From assembly GCA_963836305.1 (NCBI GenBank), contig CAWIJP010000015.1, positions 45,900 through 109,899 on the forward strand: a stretch of 64,000 nt of DNA, read 5' to 3'. Numbering within the stretch: position 1 is the first letter of the stretch; every line of letters begins with the position of its first letter. Of this stretch, positions 41,967 through 51,088 are shown one piece after another. This DNA is from an uncultured Acidobacteriaceae bacterium. GTDB taxonomy: Bacteria > Acidobacteriota > Terriglobia > Terriglobales > Acidobacteriaceae. The notes beneath the pieces are model-generated. The model was not told the DNA's origin. It saw nothing but the letters and a program-made list of their open reading frames with translations, and searched no databases. The translations under genes were made by a program, and so were the position numbers.

Positions 41967-44339
41967 CTGTCGGCCCAGCTGACCGACCACTTCGAAGTTC
42001 CTGTGGTTCTTCGTATGGATCATGACGGTGTCTTTATAAACTCCTCCCAACGCTGCCGGCCGACCATTCACCGTCACAGTTTTCAGTAAGGCATGCGTTG
42101 GAAGCCTAAGCTTGAAGTGAAGCTCCTGGGGTACTGTGGTTCCTCTCAGTTCGACGTGCCCAACAATCGTTTTTGAAGCGGGCTTCGTCACTAAACTGAA
42201 GCCGACTCTACCCCATCGCGTGGGAGCATTTTCAATCCGGATTTCTTTTCCGGACGCTACCCACTCCCGCGGCAGGCCTTTGGCGAGATACAGTCGGTCT
42301 TCGTCGGAGTCCTCCAAGACCAGCATCCAACGAACGAGCAACGGAATCGTCTGTTGCGCCGGAACGCAGTAGGTTCCCGAGTCACCGGTGATGCCGGTCA
42401 CTTCTCCCGCAGTCCAACTCCCCCGCGTGTGCGCGTGATAACGATGGGAATACAGAAATAAGAGGAATTCCTCGATGCGGTCCAGCCGCAGCAGGGTTTG
42501 TGCGTATCCGTAAGAGATAAAGCCGAGAATTTCGCGGCCATCTTCCTGAAATCTTCCAACATTGGCCACGACGCCAAGCGTGGTGGCTCCAAAGGCTCGC
42601 ATGCAGTCGATCACCTGGTTCGCCAGTGGCGGAGGCAGAATATCCGCCTGAAGCAACTCGGCATAAGGACGATGCGGCCATTGTTGCGGGCTCGGCCGTT
42701 CTTTTTCCAGCGACTCGCGAAAAGTGAGCGTGCTGGCTGGAAACAATCCGATGTAGGGCGGCGACTTGTCGCTGCGAATATTCTTCTGAATGCTTTCGAT
42801 GGTCCGTTCCTGCAATGTGTGGCTGCGCTTAAGCCATTCTTGTGCCAAGGTTTCCATGCCCGGTGAAGAGTTGATACTCGCCAGCTCTCTCCATGCTTTG
42901 GCGATGTCTTTGAATCCTCGTGCGGCGAACGCGCTATTTGCGTAATAAGGGCGCCAGTACAGCGACGGATTTTCGCTGAGGCAAGAATCCGATTCACTCC
43001 ATCCGCTGATCAATCCATAACCGGCATTCTCTCGCGGCAATTGAAGACTTTCGTCGTGCATATCTTCGAGCAGCTTTGCCGTAGCTTCGATCTTCAGCCG
43101 GTGTCTCAAGATTAACGCGCGGTCGCCGCTGTAGTGGAAGTAGCGGGCTAGAAGGGAAAGTGTCATGCCAAACTGCGCGGTCTCGGGACCGCGCATGTCG
43201 ATCATTCCCCTGGAATCGACATATTCGGTGAAGTAGTTATCGATAAAAAGCCGCGCTGTTTCAAGGCGGCCCCACTCTATGTTGGTATAGATTGCGCTGG
43301 TGAAGATGTCCTGAAAACCGTCGTACTCCGAGCCCGCATAATCGCGGTCGACGGCCCCGTACTTGGGATAGATGCCGCCCGGGCGTGTCATTAACTCTTT
43401 TGCGAACGAGTGCTTGGACATGTCGACCCAGGCATTCTGCGGAAGCGACGCGGGAGCGATCTCGTGCAGTTGTTCGTCCCAATAGTCGGCAAAGGCGAGG
43501 AGGGCCCGGTAGAACTCTTCCGGTTGAGGGTCCTCGCGGGCGGGCGGGTAAGCCGGATAACTGTGGCCGTAGACGACTTTGACAATTTTTTCTTCCTCGA
43601 CCCGAGCGGTGCGGTGCCAGGTATGTACGATGTATTTATTTTTGTTTGCGCCTACATCGCCGAACAGGATTACTTCCCAATAGGCGCGATCCGAGATTGG
43701 AATCACCTTTCGGACAGCCGGCATCCAACCGCCAACTAAACCGTCGTAGAACTTTCCTTGCTTTAGCGCTTCGCGCAGTTCGGGAGAATACTGAATTGGA
43801 TGGTAAGTCCGCGTACTGCCGCTGCGGTATACCGGAGTGACGTCGTAGGCTTCCTTGGTGCCGACAAAAGTGGTCCACCTGCGTGGATTCTTCTCCGCAG
43901 ACGCCATCGGAGGGGCTGCGGATTTCACTTTTTCCGGGTCGGGATCGCCATCTCGTAAAAGACGATCCGCCAGAAGGTCGGGTGAGGACAAACCTATTTC
44001 CTTAAGCGTAAGACCCAGGTAGGGATCGCCTTCGGGCATCGACGCTTCTGCATTCTTTGTAAGTATCCGCGCATTGCCGGATGATGACAGAAACGTAAGA
44101 GATCCCTCGCGCGTTCGCAGGTCTTCGTAGACCTTCCACGAATCCGCCTCGTTCGTGAATTCCGCCACCAACTTATGGCCCTCAACCGAGACATCGGAAG
44201 CTTTCTTCCAAGACTTCTGGGGAACCACGAGGTTATCTTGCGCGGATGCTGCACCACTGCCGGACAAAACCTTAATCCCTGCAGCGGCAGCTGCTATTCC
44301 TTGCAGAAAGTCTCTTCGGCGCATATGTTTACTCGACAC
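41961..44339 (-). CDS. Tat-exported protein of unknown function (possible (alpha/alpha)6-barrel glycoside-hydrolase-like fold)
   Basis: 792 aa. Twin-arginine signal 'MRRRDFLQGIAAAAAGIKVLSGSGAASAQ'. No family recognised by eye. The C-terminal 'LYLAKGLPREWVASGKEIRIENAPTRWGRVGFSL' resembles the 'LLPALP..W..G.v.GLrARGg' tail of six-hairpin glycosidases (weak, from memory). Third gene of the TBDR-DPPIV operon (25-bp gap). Confidence 0.8.
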   Translation of the reverse strand: MSSKHMRRRDFLQGIAAAAAGIKVLSGSGAASAQDNLVVPQKSWKKASDVSVEGHKLVAEFTNEADSWKVYEDLRTREGSLTFLSSSGNARILTKNAEASMPEGDPYLGLTLKEIGLSSPDLLADRLLRDGDPDPEKVKSAAPPMASAEKNPRRWTTFVGTKEAYDVTPVYRSGSTRTYHPIQYSPELREALKQGKFYDGLVGGWMPAVRKVIPISDRAYWEVILFGDVGANKNKYIVHTWHRTARVEEEKIVKVVYGHSYPAYPPAREDPQPEEFYRALLAFADYWDEQLHEIAPASLPQNAWVDMSKHSFAKELMTRPGGIYPKYGAVDRDYAGSEYDGFQDIFTSAIYTNIEWGRLETARLFIDNYFTEYVDSRGMIDMRGPETAQFGMTLSLLARYFHYSGDRALILRHRLKIEATAKLLEDMHDESLQLPRENAGYGLISGWSESDSCLSENPSLYWRPYYANSAFAARGFKDIAKAWRELASINSSPGMETLAQEWLKRSHTLQERTIESIQKNIRSDKSPPYIGLFPASTLTFRESLEKERPSPQQWPHRPYAELLQADILPPPLANQVIDCMRAFGATTLGVVANVGRFQEDGREILGFISYGYAQTLLRLDRIEEFLLFLYSHRYHAHTRGSWTAGEVTGITGDSGTYCVPAQQTIPLLVRWMLVLEDSDEDRLYLAKGLPREWVASGKEIRIENAPTRWGRVGFSLVTKPASKTIVGHVELRGTTVPQELHFKLRLPTHALLKTVTVNGRPAALGGVYKDTVMIHTKNHRNFEVVGQLGRQS

Positions 44340-44364
44340 CTAACTAGGTTGCACTGATCACTGG

Positions 44365-46713
44365 TTAACGCCGTCGACGATGGACGTTGCCGGCAGAGTC
44401 CCGGTCTTCCTTGATCTCGAAGTTAGCCGGCGGCGTCTCCCCGAGTAGATATTGAACGAAGTAATCCCATCGCCGCCGAACTAGGTACAACGCATGTTCG
44501 CCGCTCTCTCCATGAAACATGTTGGGCACAAACAGCATGTCGAAGTCCTTATTCGCGTTCATCAACGCATCGGCGAAGCGCATGGTTTCGACTGGGTGGA
44601 CGTTGTCATCAATATCTCCGTGCTCCAGCAGCAGATGTCCCTGCAGGCGTTTTGCCATGGTCACGTTCGACTGCGCCGCATAGTCGTCCTGCACGGGATA
44701 CCCTTGATAGGCTTCATTCCACCAGGCTTTATCCAGGCGTGCATCGTGATCTCCGGACGTGGAAACTCCGACCTTGTAGAACTCCGGGAAAACTAGCATG
44801 GCGTGAGCTGCCCCATAGCCTCCCGCTGACGTACCGAAGATTCCGACACGCGTTAGATCCATATATGGGAAGCGTGCGGCCATTTGTTTGATCATGGATA
44901 CATGGTCTTCAAAAGATCCGCCCAGGTTGTGGTATGAAAATTGATGAAATACCCGCGAACGCCCGGTGGTGCCTCGACCATCCACCATCACCACTACGAA
45001 TCCGAGTTCTGCCATCGACTGCAGCGACAACGTCCGGCCAAAACTCTTGGGCACGAAAAACGATTGAGGACCGGTGTAGACAAACTCAATAATTGGATAT
45101 TTTTTCGCTGGATCGAAATTCGATGGCTTCCAGATCAATCCATAGAGGTCTGTCGTATTGTCTGCGGCCTTACCTTGAAATGGCTCGGCGAACTTCCAGC
45201 CTGTCTTCACGAGCTCACCGATATCTGCTTTTTCCAGCACTCGCACTTCGGAGCCATCTTTTGTACGCCGCAGCACGGCTTCGCCGGGCAGATCCGGGCG
45301 GGAATAGGTATCGACAAAAAATGCCGCATTCGGAGAGACGCTCACGGAATGGTCGGCATTTTCCGGAGACAAGAGTCTCAATCCCTTTCCGTCAAAGCCC
45401 ACGCTGTACAGATGGGTTTGGTAGGGATCTTCGCTTTTCTCGCGCCCGTTGGCCAGAAAGTAGACTTGCCGATTCTTCTCGTCGACGCGTTCTATTTGCC
45501 GCACGACCCAAGGGCCCCGAGTGATCTGATTTTCCAGCTGTCCAGTCTTGTCGTAAATGTAGAGGTGATTCCGGCCGTCTCGTTCCGACGACCGGATAAT
45601 CTCTCCAGTGCCCTCGACAAAGTTGTAGAACGTTTCCCCAGGATCGACGAGCGAATCCGACTGTTCGCGCAGTAGAACTTTTTGCTCTCCCGTATCGGCG
45701 TCGACGATCCGCAACTCCTTCGCCTTGAATCCGCGCTCATCGTAGTCGTAGTGGAAACTCTTGCTGTCGGGAAACCAATCGAAGCCAGGACCGTCCTGAA
45801 ACGGAAGCTCGAGAGAAGCCTTTACGTCGATGCGCTTGCCCGACTGGATGTCGAAGATGATCGGCTCAGCCTTGGCCAGCACCTCTCCGGGCAATGGATA
45901 AACATAAGTGAATGCGCGCGGCCGCAATTGGTCCGGAGGAACGAATTGCAGACTGGTGAAGCGCCCTGAATTTCTGGAATCAATGCGGTAAGTAATCAGC
46001 TTCGACGAGTCAGGGGACCAAAATACGGCCGCTGGTTGTTGCACATCCTCCGTGCCCTGATCGACCATCACACGCAGAGACGGTAGCGGCGTTGCATAAT
46101 CGCAGCCGGCCACGCCATCGTTCGTCAATTGCAGCACCGTACCAGTAACAATATCCCGGAGGTACAGGTTATGTTCTTTGACATAGGCAGCCCAGCGTTT
46201 ATTGGGCGAAGCAACTTCGTCTGGCTTGGTAGCCGGCTGCTCCCGGTGACATTCGTAAGTTGCAAGAACGCAGCTCCACTGGGCCTCACCGACTGAAAAA
46301 TGGATCGCTTTACCGCTGTCCTGAAATTCAATTTCAGAGAAGGGCAAGGCCGACGCCGTGTAATCTTGCTTGGCAGCGCGTGAAAGAGCTGCCGCCAGCC
46401 GCTCGTGATCAAACGCCGGCCCGCTCGTATTCTGCTCGGCATCGACGAGGACAAACTCAGTTTTTTGCAATCCAACTTTGCGGTACCAGAAACGGTTCGT
46501 CTTTTCGATCCAATGCGGGTTCACGTCCGCGATGTAAACTAGATGCCGCACGTTACCGGGAAGGAAGCGCTCCGCGCGCTGGTAATCTTCCAGTCTGCCT
46601 TGCGCGGTTGCCAGAGGAAGCGTGAGAAACGAGCATGCAACAACGATGGTCCAAGGGCAACGATTGGCAGTCATATTGTTTTCGGGTCTTCTGGCAAGCA
46701 TCGAGCTAACCAA
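44365..46713 (-). CDS. Dipeptidyl-peptidase IV-type prolyl peptidase (S9 family), second copy
   Basis: 'WSPDSSKLITYRID' propeller. Catalytic 'VGIFGTSAGGYGA' (Ser), 'HGDIDDNVHP' (Asp) and 'PNMFHGE' (His). TTG start at 46713; the ATG at 46674 ('MTANRCPWTIVVACSFLTLPLATAQG') is the likelier start. Confidence 0.9.
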   Translation of the reverse strand: MVSSMLARRPENNMTANRCPWTIVVACSFLTLPLATAQGRLEDYQRAERFLPGNVRHLVYIADVNPHWIEKTNRFWYRKVGLQKTEFVLVDAEQNTSGPAFDHERLAAALSRAAKQDYTASALPFSEIEFQDSGKAIHFSVGEAQWSCVLATYECHREQPATKPDEVASPNKRWAAYVKEHNLYLRDIVTGTVLQLTNDGVAGCDYATPLPSLRVMVDQGTEDVQQPAAVFWSPDSSKLITYRIDSRNSGRFTSLQFVPPDQLRPRAFTYVYPLPGEVLAKAEPIIFDIQSGKRIDVKASLELPFQDGPGFDWFPDSKSFHYDYDERGFKAKELRIVDADTGEQKVLLREQSDSLVDPGETFYNFVEGTGEIIRSSERDGRNHLYIYDKTGQLENQITRGPWVVRQIERVDEKNRQVYFLANGREKSEDPYQTHLYSVGFDGKGLRLLSPENADHSVSVSPNAAFFVDTYSRPDLPGEAVLRRTKDGSEVRVLEKADIGELVKTGWKFAEPFQGKAADNTTDLYGLIWKPSNFDPAKKYPIIEFVYTGPQSFFVPKSFGRTLSLQSMAELGFVVVMVDGRGTTGRSRVFHQFSYHNLGGSFEDHVSMIKQMAARFPYMDLTRVGIFGTSAGGYGAAHAMLVFPEFYKVGVSTSGDHDARLDKAWWNEAYQGYPVQDDYAAQSNVTMAKRLQGHLLLEHGDIDDNVHPVETMRFADALMNANKDFDMLFVPNMFHGESGEHALYLVRRRWDYFVQYLLGETPPANFEIKEDRDSAGNVHRRRR

Positions 46714-46791
46714 AAATGCATCCGCCGGAGGCGACGACCCTTGTCACAACCAGCGAATGCATTTCGATTTCGATCAGCCGGCAAGCGATGC

Positions 46792-49700
46792 TCAGAACTC
46801 GATATTTGCTCGCAGCTCGATCACGCGAGCTCCCTGGTTGGGAGAACCGCTTGGGTAATTCTGGGAAATCCCTCCGATTCCAAACTGGGAATTCTGCACA
46901 TTCGGCGTAAAGCCGTTGGCGTAGCCGGTATACCAGCTCCCGTTCGCAGAGCCAGTTTGAAAATTGGGGTGATTGAAAGCGTTCAACATCTCCGCCTGCA
47001 GCTTAAACCTTATTTTCTCGGTGATAGGGACGCTCTTCGTAATGGCCATATCATCGTTGATAAAGTGTGGCCCATGCAGGTAAACGAGCTGGCCAATCGT
47101 TCCCGGGGTGGTATTCGCTGTAATGTATGCGGGGTTTGCTCCGCCGCCGATGGGACTGGCGAGATACTTGGGATTAATAAAATCCACGAAGGGCTGCCCC
47201 GGAACCCGATAAACACCTACCGCACTTTGCAATTGCGATGGTGAAACACCGTTCAGCACGATGCCGCCGTCGCCGAATCCATCGTTGATAGGATTCGCGT
47301 TAAACGTACTGTTTCCTCCCTGGAGCAGGAACGGAACACCAGTCTGGAAAACGAAGATCGAACCGATGGTCCAGCCGCCAACGATCCGATCGAGCGCTCC
47401 GCCGTGATTTGCAAATTGCTTGCCCCGCCCAAACGGAAGATCGTAGCTCCCGTTTATGTTCACCGCATGTCGAATGTCGAAAAGACTTGGGCCGTAGCTG
47501 AGTCGCATATCGCGGAGAGTGAAGATGTTCGATTGTCCCTGCCAATTATTGGGAGTCGATATTCCTAGCGTATGGCTCCAAGTGTAATTCGCGTCGAACT
47601 GCACACCGTGCCAAGATCTCTGGCGGAAATCTACTTGCAAGGCGTTGTAATTTGAATAACCTTCGGCGACCAGTTCCCCGGTATTGTTCCCGCCTGTGTA
47701 TGGATTGGCTTGAAAGAAGTTGATGGGAAGACCAGCCCCTGCGGGGTTGAAGGATCCTGCTGCGACATTTTGCGTGCAGGGAAGAAAGGATGCGCCGACC
47801 AGGTTGCAGAAATACGAAACGGGGCCAGAGATTCCCGCCAGCGTCTGCGCGAGAGCCCCGGCAGAGCCCGAGTTCAAATCACCGACAAAACCACCGTTGG
47901 TGTAATCCGCGAGGCTTCCGTCGGCTCCGGGAGACTCTCCCGCGAAGGCGGCATCGAAGAGGGGCATCGCTGCTTGTCCGGGAAGACCGTGATTGGCGAA
48001 CGAACCCTGATAGTTCGCATTTCCACTCGCGTTGTTGGCCGCCAAATTGGCTTGTGCAGTCTTGAAGTTCGTCAGGACTCCGTTCGGCCCAGGCTGAAAG
48101 ATATTGACCTCGTTCGTATCGATAGCAACCCACTGGCGCAACGTCCGGCTCCCCACATAACGCAATTCGAGAGCGCTCGCCTCGGTCAGTTGGTGCTGAA
48201 CCCCAAGGTTCCACGACTGCGTGTATGGCTGCCTTAGATTCGGATCGATTCCATTGACCCCAGGACTGCTGGGCACAAACGTGAAGTTGGATTGCGCCTC
48301 GGTCTTCTGATAGGACTGCGGGGAAAGAGCGTATGCCGGCAGGGTGCCGCCCAGGAACAAGCTTCCAGCAGAGAAGATTCCAGGAGTGCTAGGACTGGGC
48401 GTTCCTGGTGAAAGGCCGAAGTTCTGGTAATAGAACTGGCCGAAATCGGAAGCCTGGTTCCAGACATACTGCTGAGGCTCGGTAAATTTTCGCAACGAGT
48501 AGCCCGCCCGAATCACTGTCTTGTCTCCGCCCAGGCTGCGCGGGCTCCAGGCAATACCGATCGCGGGCTGAGGAGCCACATACCAGTTGTTATATGGCTG
48601 GCTATTTTGGGTTAGCTGCGGATTGGCCACTCCCGTCAGAGATCCTGGATTGAATAAATCATTAATACCGGTTGGGCCAAAGATGTTCGCCGGGCTGGCG
48701 GAATGGTAGAGATTGGTGAGGTCGCGGTCGGCCGCCGTAAAGTCCCATCGCAGCCCGTAGTTCAACGTGAAGTTCGGTTTCAGGCGGTAGGAGTCCTGAA
48801 AGAAAACGCCAAAAGCTTTTTGCAACTCGTCGAGATTATATGCACCGACAGCGTGATTGTACTGGTTCGTGTTCGGATCATATGGATATTGTCCAGTCAC
48901 GCTATTGATCCGCCCGGTTAGGATCGCATACAGAGACTCGGCCTCGTTAGTCGCGGTGGGAGTTGCATTCGGCATGGTCCCATTGAAGGCAGCTTGCGCT
49001 GGGTCGCCGTTCGCGAGGCCGGGCTGCGAGGTACTGGTATTTTGGCCAAGGTTGATGACTGGAAATCCCAGCACTCCGTTGTAGTAATGATCCTGTTCAC
49101 GCCACCAGGAAAAACCAAAATTAAGCGTATGAGCGCCGCGCTGCCAGCTCAAAGTATCGGAGGCGTTGAACGACGGGTAGTAGGATCCGGTGGGGATTTG
49201 GTAGTTCGTCCCGTTCATAGCAGTGTTATAGGTGTATGGCAAGTTCGGCAGGTTCCAACTGATTTGCGCCCCGGTTGGACCTTTGCCGTCGTATGCATAG
49301 AACAAGCCGTTGTACAGGAACCCGCCTCGAAATTCATTGACCATGGTGGGGGAGAGTGTCCAATCAAAACCGAAGGCTGCGGTGTAGGCTTGGAATTTAT
49401 CGCTGGACCCTGTATTCGCAAAGGCCGAGCCCGGTAGGTTGGGCTGATTGACATTCGACTCTATTGTTTTAGTTTCGTTCCAGGCCACGTTGAAGCGCAT
49501 CTTCTGAGAGAAAATGTAGTCGACGCGGACGGTCGGAAAATAGATGGTGGTAGGGGCGGAGACCTGCCAGTTGAGCTGCTCGAGATTTGGATCACCCGTC
49601 GCCGAAATCGATCCGGCACCTAGAACTCCACTGACGGCATTCAGGGTGGCGGCAGTCTGGCTATTCAGTGTCGAAGGTTGCCCGCTGTTCGCAGCAAGAT

Positions 49701-50769
49701 GAAGCACGTTGACGGTCTGTAGATTTCCGTTGGAATCGGTATAGGTGAAATTGCCGGCTTGAGCGGTCTGGGGCAAGATCCAAGTGGCGGCGCTTAGGTG
49801 ACCCGGTTGTTTGGATTCGGCATAGGTGCCAAAGAAAAATAGTTTGTCTTTAATAATAGGGCCGCCGAGGCTGCCGCCAAAATCATTGAGGATGATCGTA
49901 TTACGTGGCAGTTTGGGATTTTGGGCGTTGTTCAGCCAACTATTGGCATTGAGAACGGTATTTCGGAAATCGTCAAAGACGCGGCCGTGAAATGCGTTGG
50001 TCCCTCGCCGAGTGACAAAGTTGAGTTGCAGGTTCGACGTTCCAAACCCCTGGTTCAAGTCGAGCTGATCGGTTTGAACCGTCATCTCCTGAATATCTTC
50101 CACCCTAGGCTCGACGGATGGTTCGACGCTTCCACCGAATTTCATTCGGCCAGCGCTGCCGATAACCCCGTCAATATTGGACCCGGCGGCCGCTGACGGA
50201 AGACCATTCCACGTTCCTATGGATCCTCCTCCGTTTTGTCCGGTGCCCGTGTACCCGGGAACCAGGTTCGCGAGCTGGGTTAAATCGCGCCCCTGGATGG
50301 GTAGGTCTTCGATTTGCTTCATGTCGATGGTCGTCCCAATCGCGTTGGTCGTGGTTTCAACCAATGGGGCAGATCCGCCCGTAACTACAACGGTCTCATT
50401 GACGGCGCCGACCTTGAGCATGGCGGAAATATCCGTCGTCCGGGCGGCTTCTGCTACTACATTGGTAAAAACCTGAGATTGGAAACCGGTTTTCGATACT
50501 TTGAGTTTGTATTTTCCGAGAGGAAGGTTCACGAAGGTATGCGTACCGCTGTTCTGAGTATCACCCTTGCGAACTTCGTTGGTGGCTAGATCCTCGAGTT
50601 CGAGGTGTGCTCCCTGCACGACACTACCGCTGGTATCGACAACAGTCACCGTCACTGTGCCTTCAGAACCGTGCTGAGCCCAGGTTGATGGGACAATGCA
50701 CAGCGCGAGCACGATTAGTAGAACTGTTGGCACGCCCCGGAGCACGCTACACGAAGATTTGGAATGCAT
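46792..50769 (-). CDS. Very large TonB-dependent receptor with carboxypeptidase-regulatory-like domain
   Basis: ATG 50769 follows AAGGAGGA. Signal 'VLLIVLALCIVPSTWAQ'. 'GTVTVTVVDTSGSVVQGAHLELEDLATNEVRKGDTQNSGTHTFVNLPLGKYKLKVSKTGF' is a CarboxypepD_reg domain. A barrel of about 1200 aa follows, ending 'ELRANIEF'. Confidence 0.85.
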   Translation of the reverse strand: MHSKSSCSVLRGVPTVLLIVLALCIVPSTWAQHGSEGTVTVTVVDTSGSVVQGAHLELEDLATNEVRKGDTQNSGTHTFVNLPLGKYKLKVSKTGFQSQVFTNVVAEAARTTDISAMLKVGAVNETVVVTGGSAPLVETTTNAIGTTIDMKQIEDLPIQGRDLTQLANLVPGYTGTGQNGGGSIGTWNGLPSAAAGSNIDGVIGSAGRMKFGGSVEPSVEPRVEDIQEMTVQTDQLDLNQGFGTSNLQLNFVTRRGTNAFHGRVFDDFRNTVLNANSWLNNAQNPKLPRNTIILNDFGGSLGGPIIKDKLFFFGTYAESKQPGHLSAATWILPQTAQAGNFTYTDSNGNLQTVNVLHLAANSGQPSTLNSQTAATLNAVSGVLGAGSISATGDPNLEQLNWQVSAPTTIYFPTVRVDYIFSQKMRFNVAWNETKTIESNVNQPNLPGSAFANTGSSDKFQAYTAAFGFDWTLSPTMVNEFRGGFLYNGLFYAYDGKGPTGAQISWNLPNLPYTYNTAMNGTNYQIPTGSYYPSFNASDTLSWQRGAHTLNFGFSWWREQDHYYNGVLGFPVINLGQNTSTSQPGLANGDPAQAAFNGTMPNATPTATNEAESLYAILTGRINSVTGQYPYDPNTNQYNHAVGAYNLDELQKAFGVFFQDSYRLKPNFTLNYGLRWDFTAADRDLTNLYHSASPANIFGPTGINDLFNPGSLTGVANPQLTQNSQPYNNWYVAPQPAIGIAWSPRSLGGDKTVIRAGYSLRKFTEPQQYVWNQASDFGQFYYQNFGLSPGTPSPSTPGIFSAGSLFLGGTLPAYALSPQSYQKTEAQSNFTFVPSSPGVNGIDPNLRQPYTQSWNLGVQHQLTEASALELRYVGSRTLRQWVAIDTNEVNIFQPGPNGVLTNFKTAQANLAANNASGNANYQGSFANHGLPGQAAMPLFDAAFAGESPGADGSLADYTNGGFVGDLNSGSAGALAQTLAGISGPVSYFCNLVGASFLPCTQNVAAGSFNPAGAGLPINFFQANPYTGGNNTGELVAEGYSNYNALQVDFRQRSWHGVQFDANYTWSHTLGISTPNNWQGQSNIFTLRDMRLSYGPSLFDIRHAVNINGSYDLPFGRGKQFANHGGALDRIVGGWTIGSIFVFQTGVPFLLQGGNSTFNANPINDGFGDGGIVLNGVSPSQLQSAVGVYRVPGQPFVDFINPKYLASPIGGGANPAYITANTTPGTIGQLVYLHGPHFINDDMAITKSVPITEKIRFKLQAEMLNAFNHPNFQTGSANGSWYTGYANGFTPNVQNSQFGIGGISQNYPSGSPNQGARVIELRANIEF

Positions 50770-50901
50770 CTCTCCTCCTTCGACAATCAAGAACGACATC
50801 GGTGTTGAAGCGCGTCAACGTTTTCGCTGGGACAAACCTGCCAAACCCACTTCAGCCCAAGAGCGGATTGCATTTAGAGCAAACGCTTACCCTTGGTGGG
50901 A

Positions 50902-50918
50902 TTTTGTATACTGTATTC
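50902..50918. promoter_or_regulatory. TGTATAC-type element (site C) in the TBDR / CRTAC1 divergent region
   Basis: TTTTGTATACTGTATTC. TTGTATAC (50904-50911) is identical to the 8-mer in the reverse complement of site B, followed by a second half-copy TGTATTC. Confidence 0.3.
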
Positions 50919-51088
50919 AGTTCTATTGTCAACCTTATTCTGCTTCCGCTCTTTATGGAGCGGTTCGGCAGACTTTAGTGATCGCAGGTCTATGTTCGGC
51001 CGTACAGATAGCTGGACTCACATTCCATGACGCTCGTTCCGTATATTCCCCTTAGAATCCAAGCTGGCCTTGTCTGGAAAGCGTTTCC

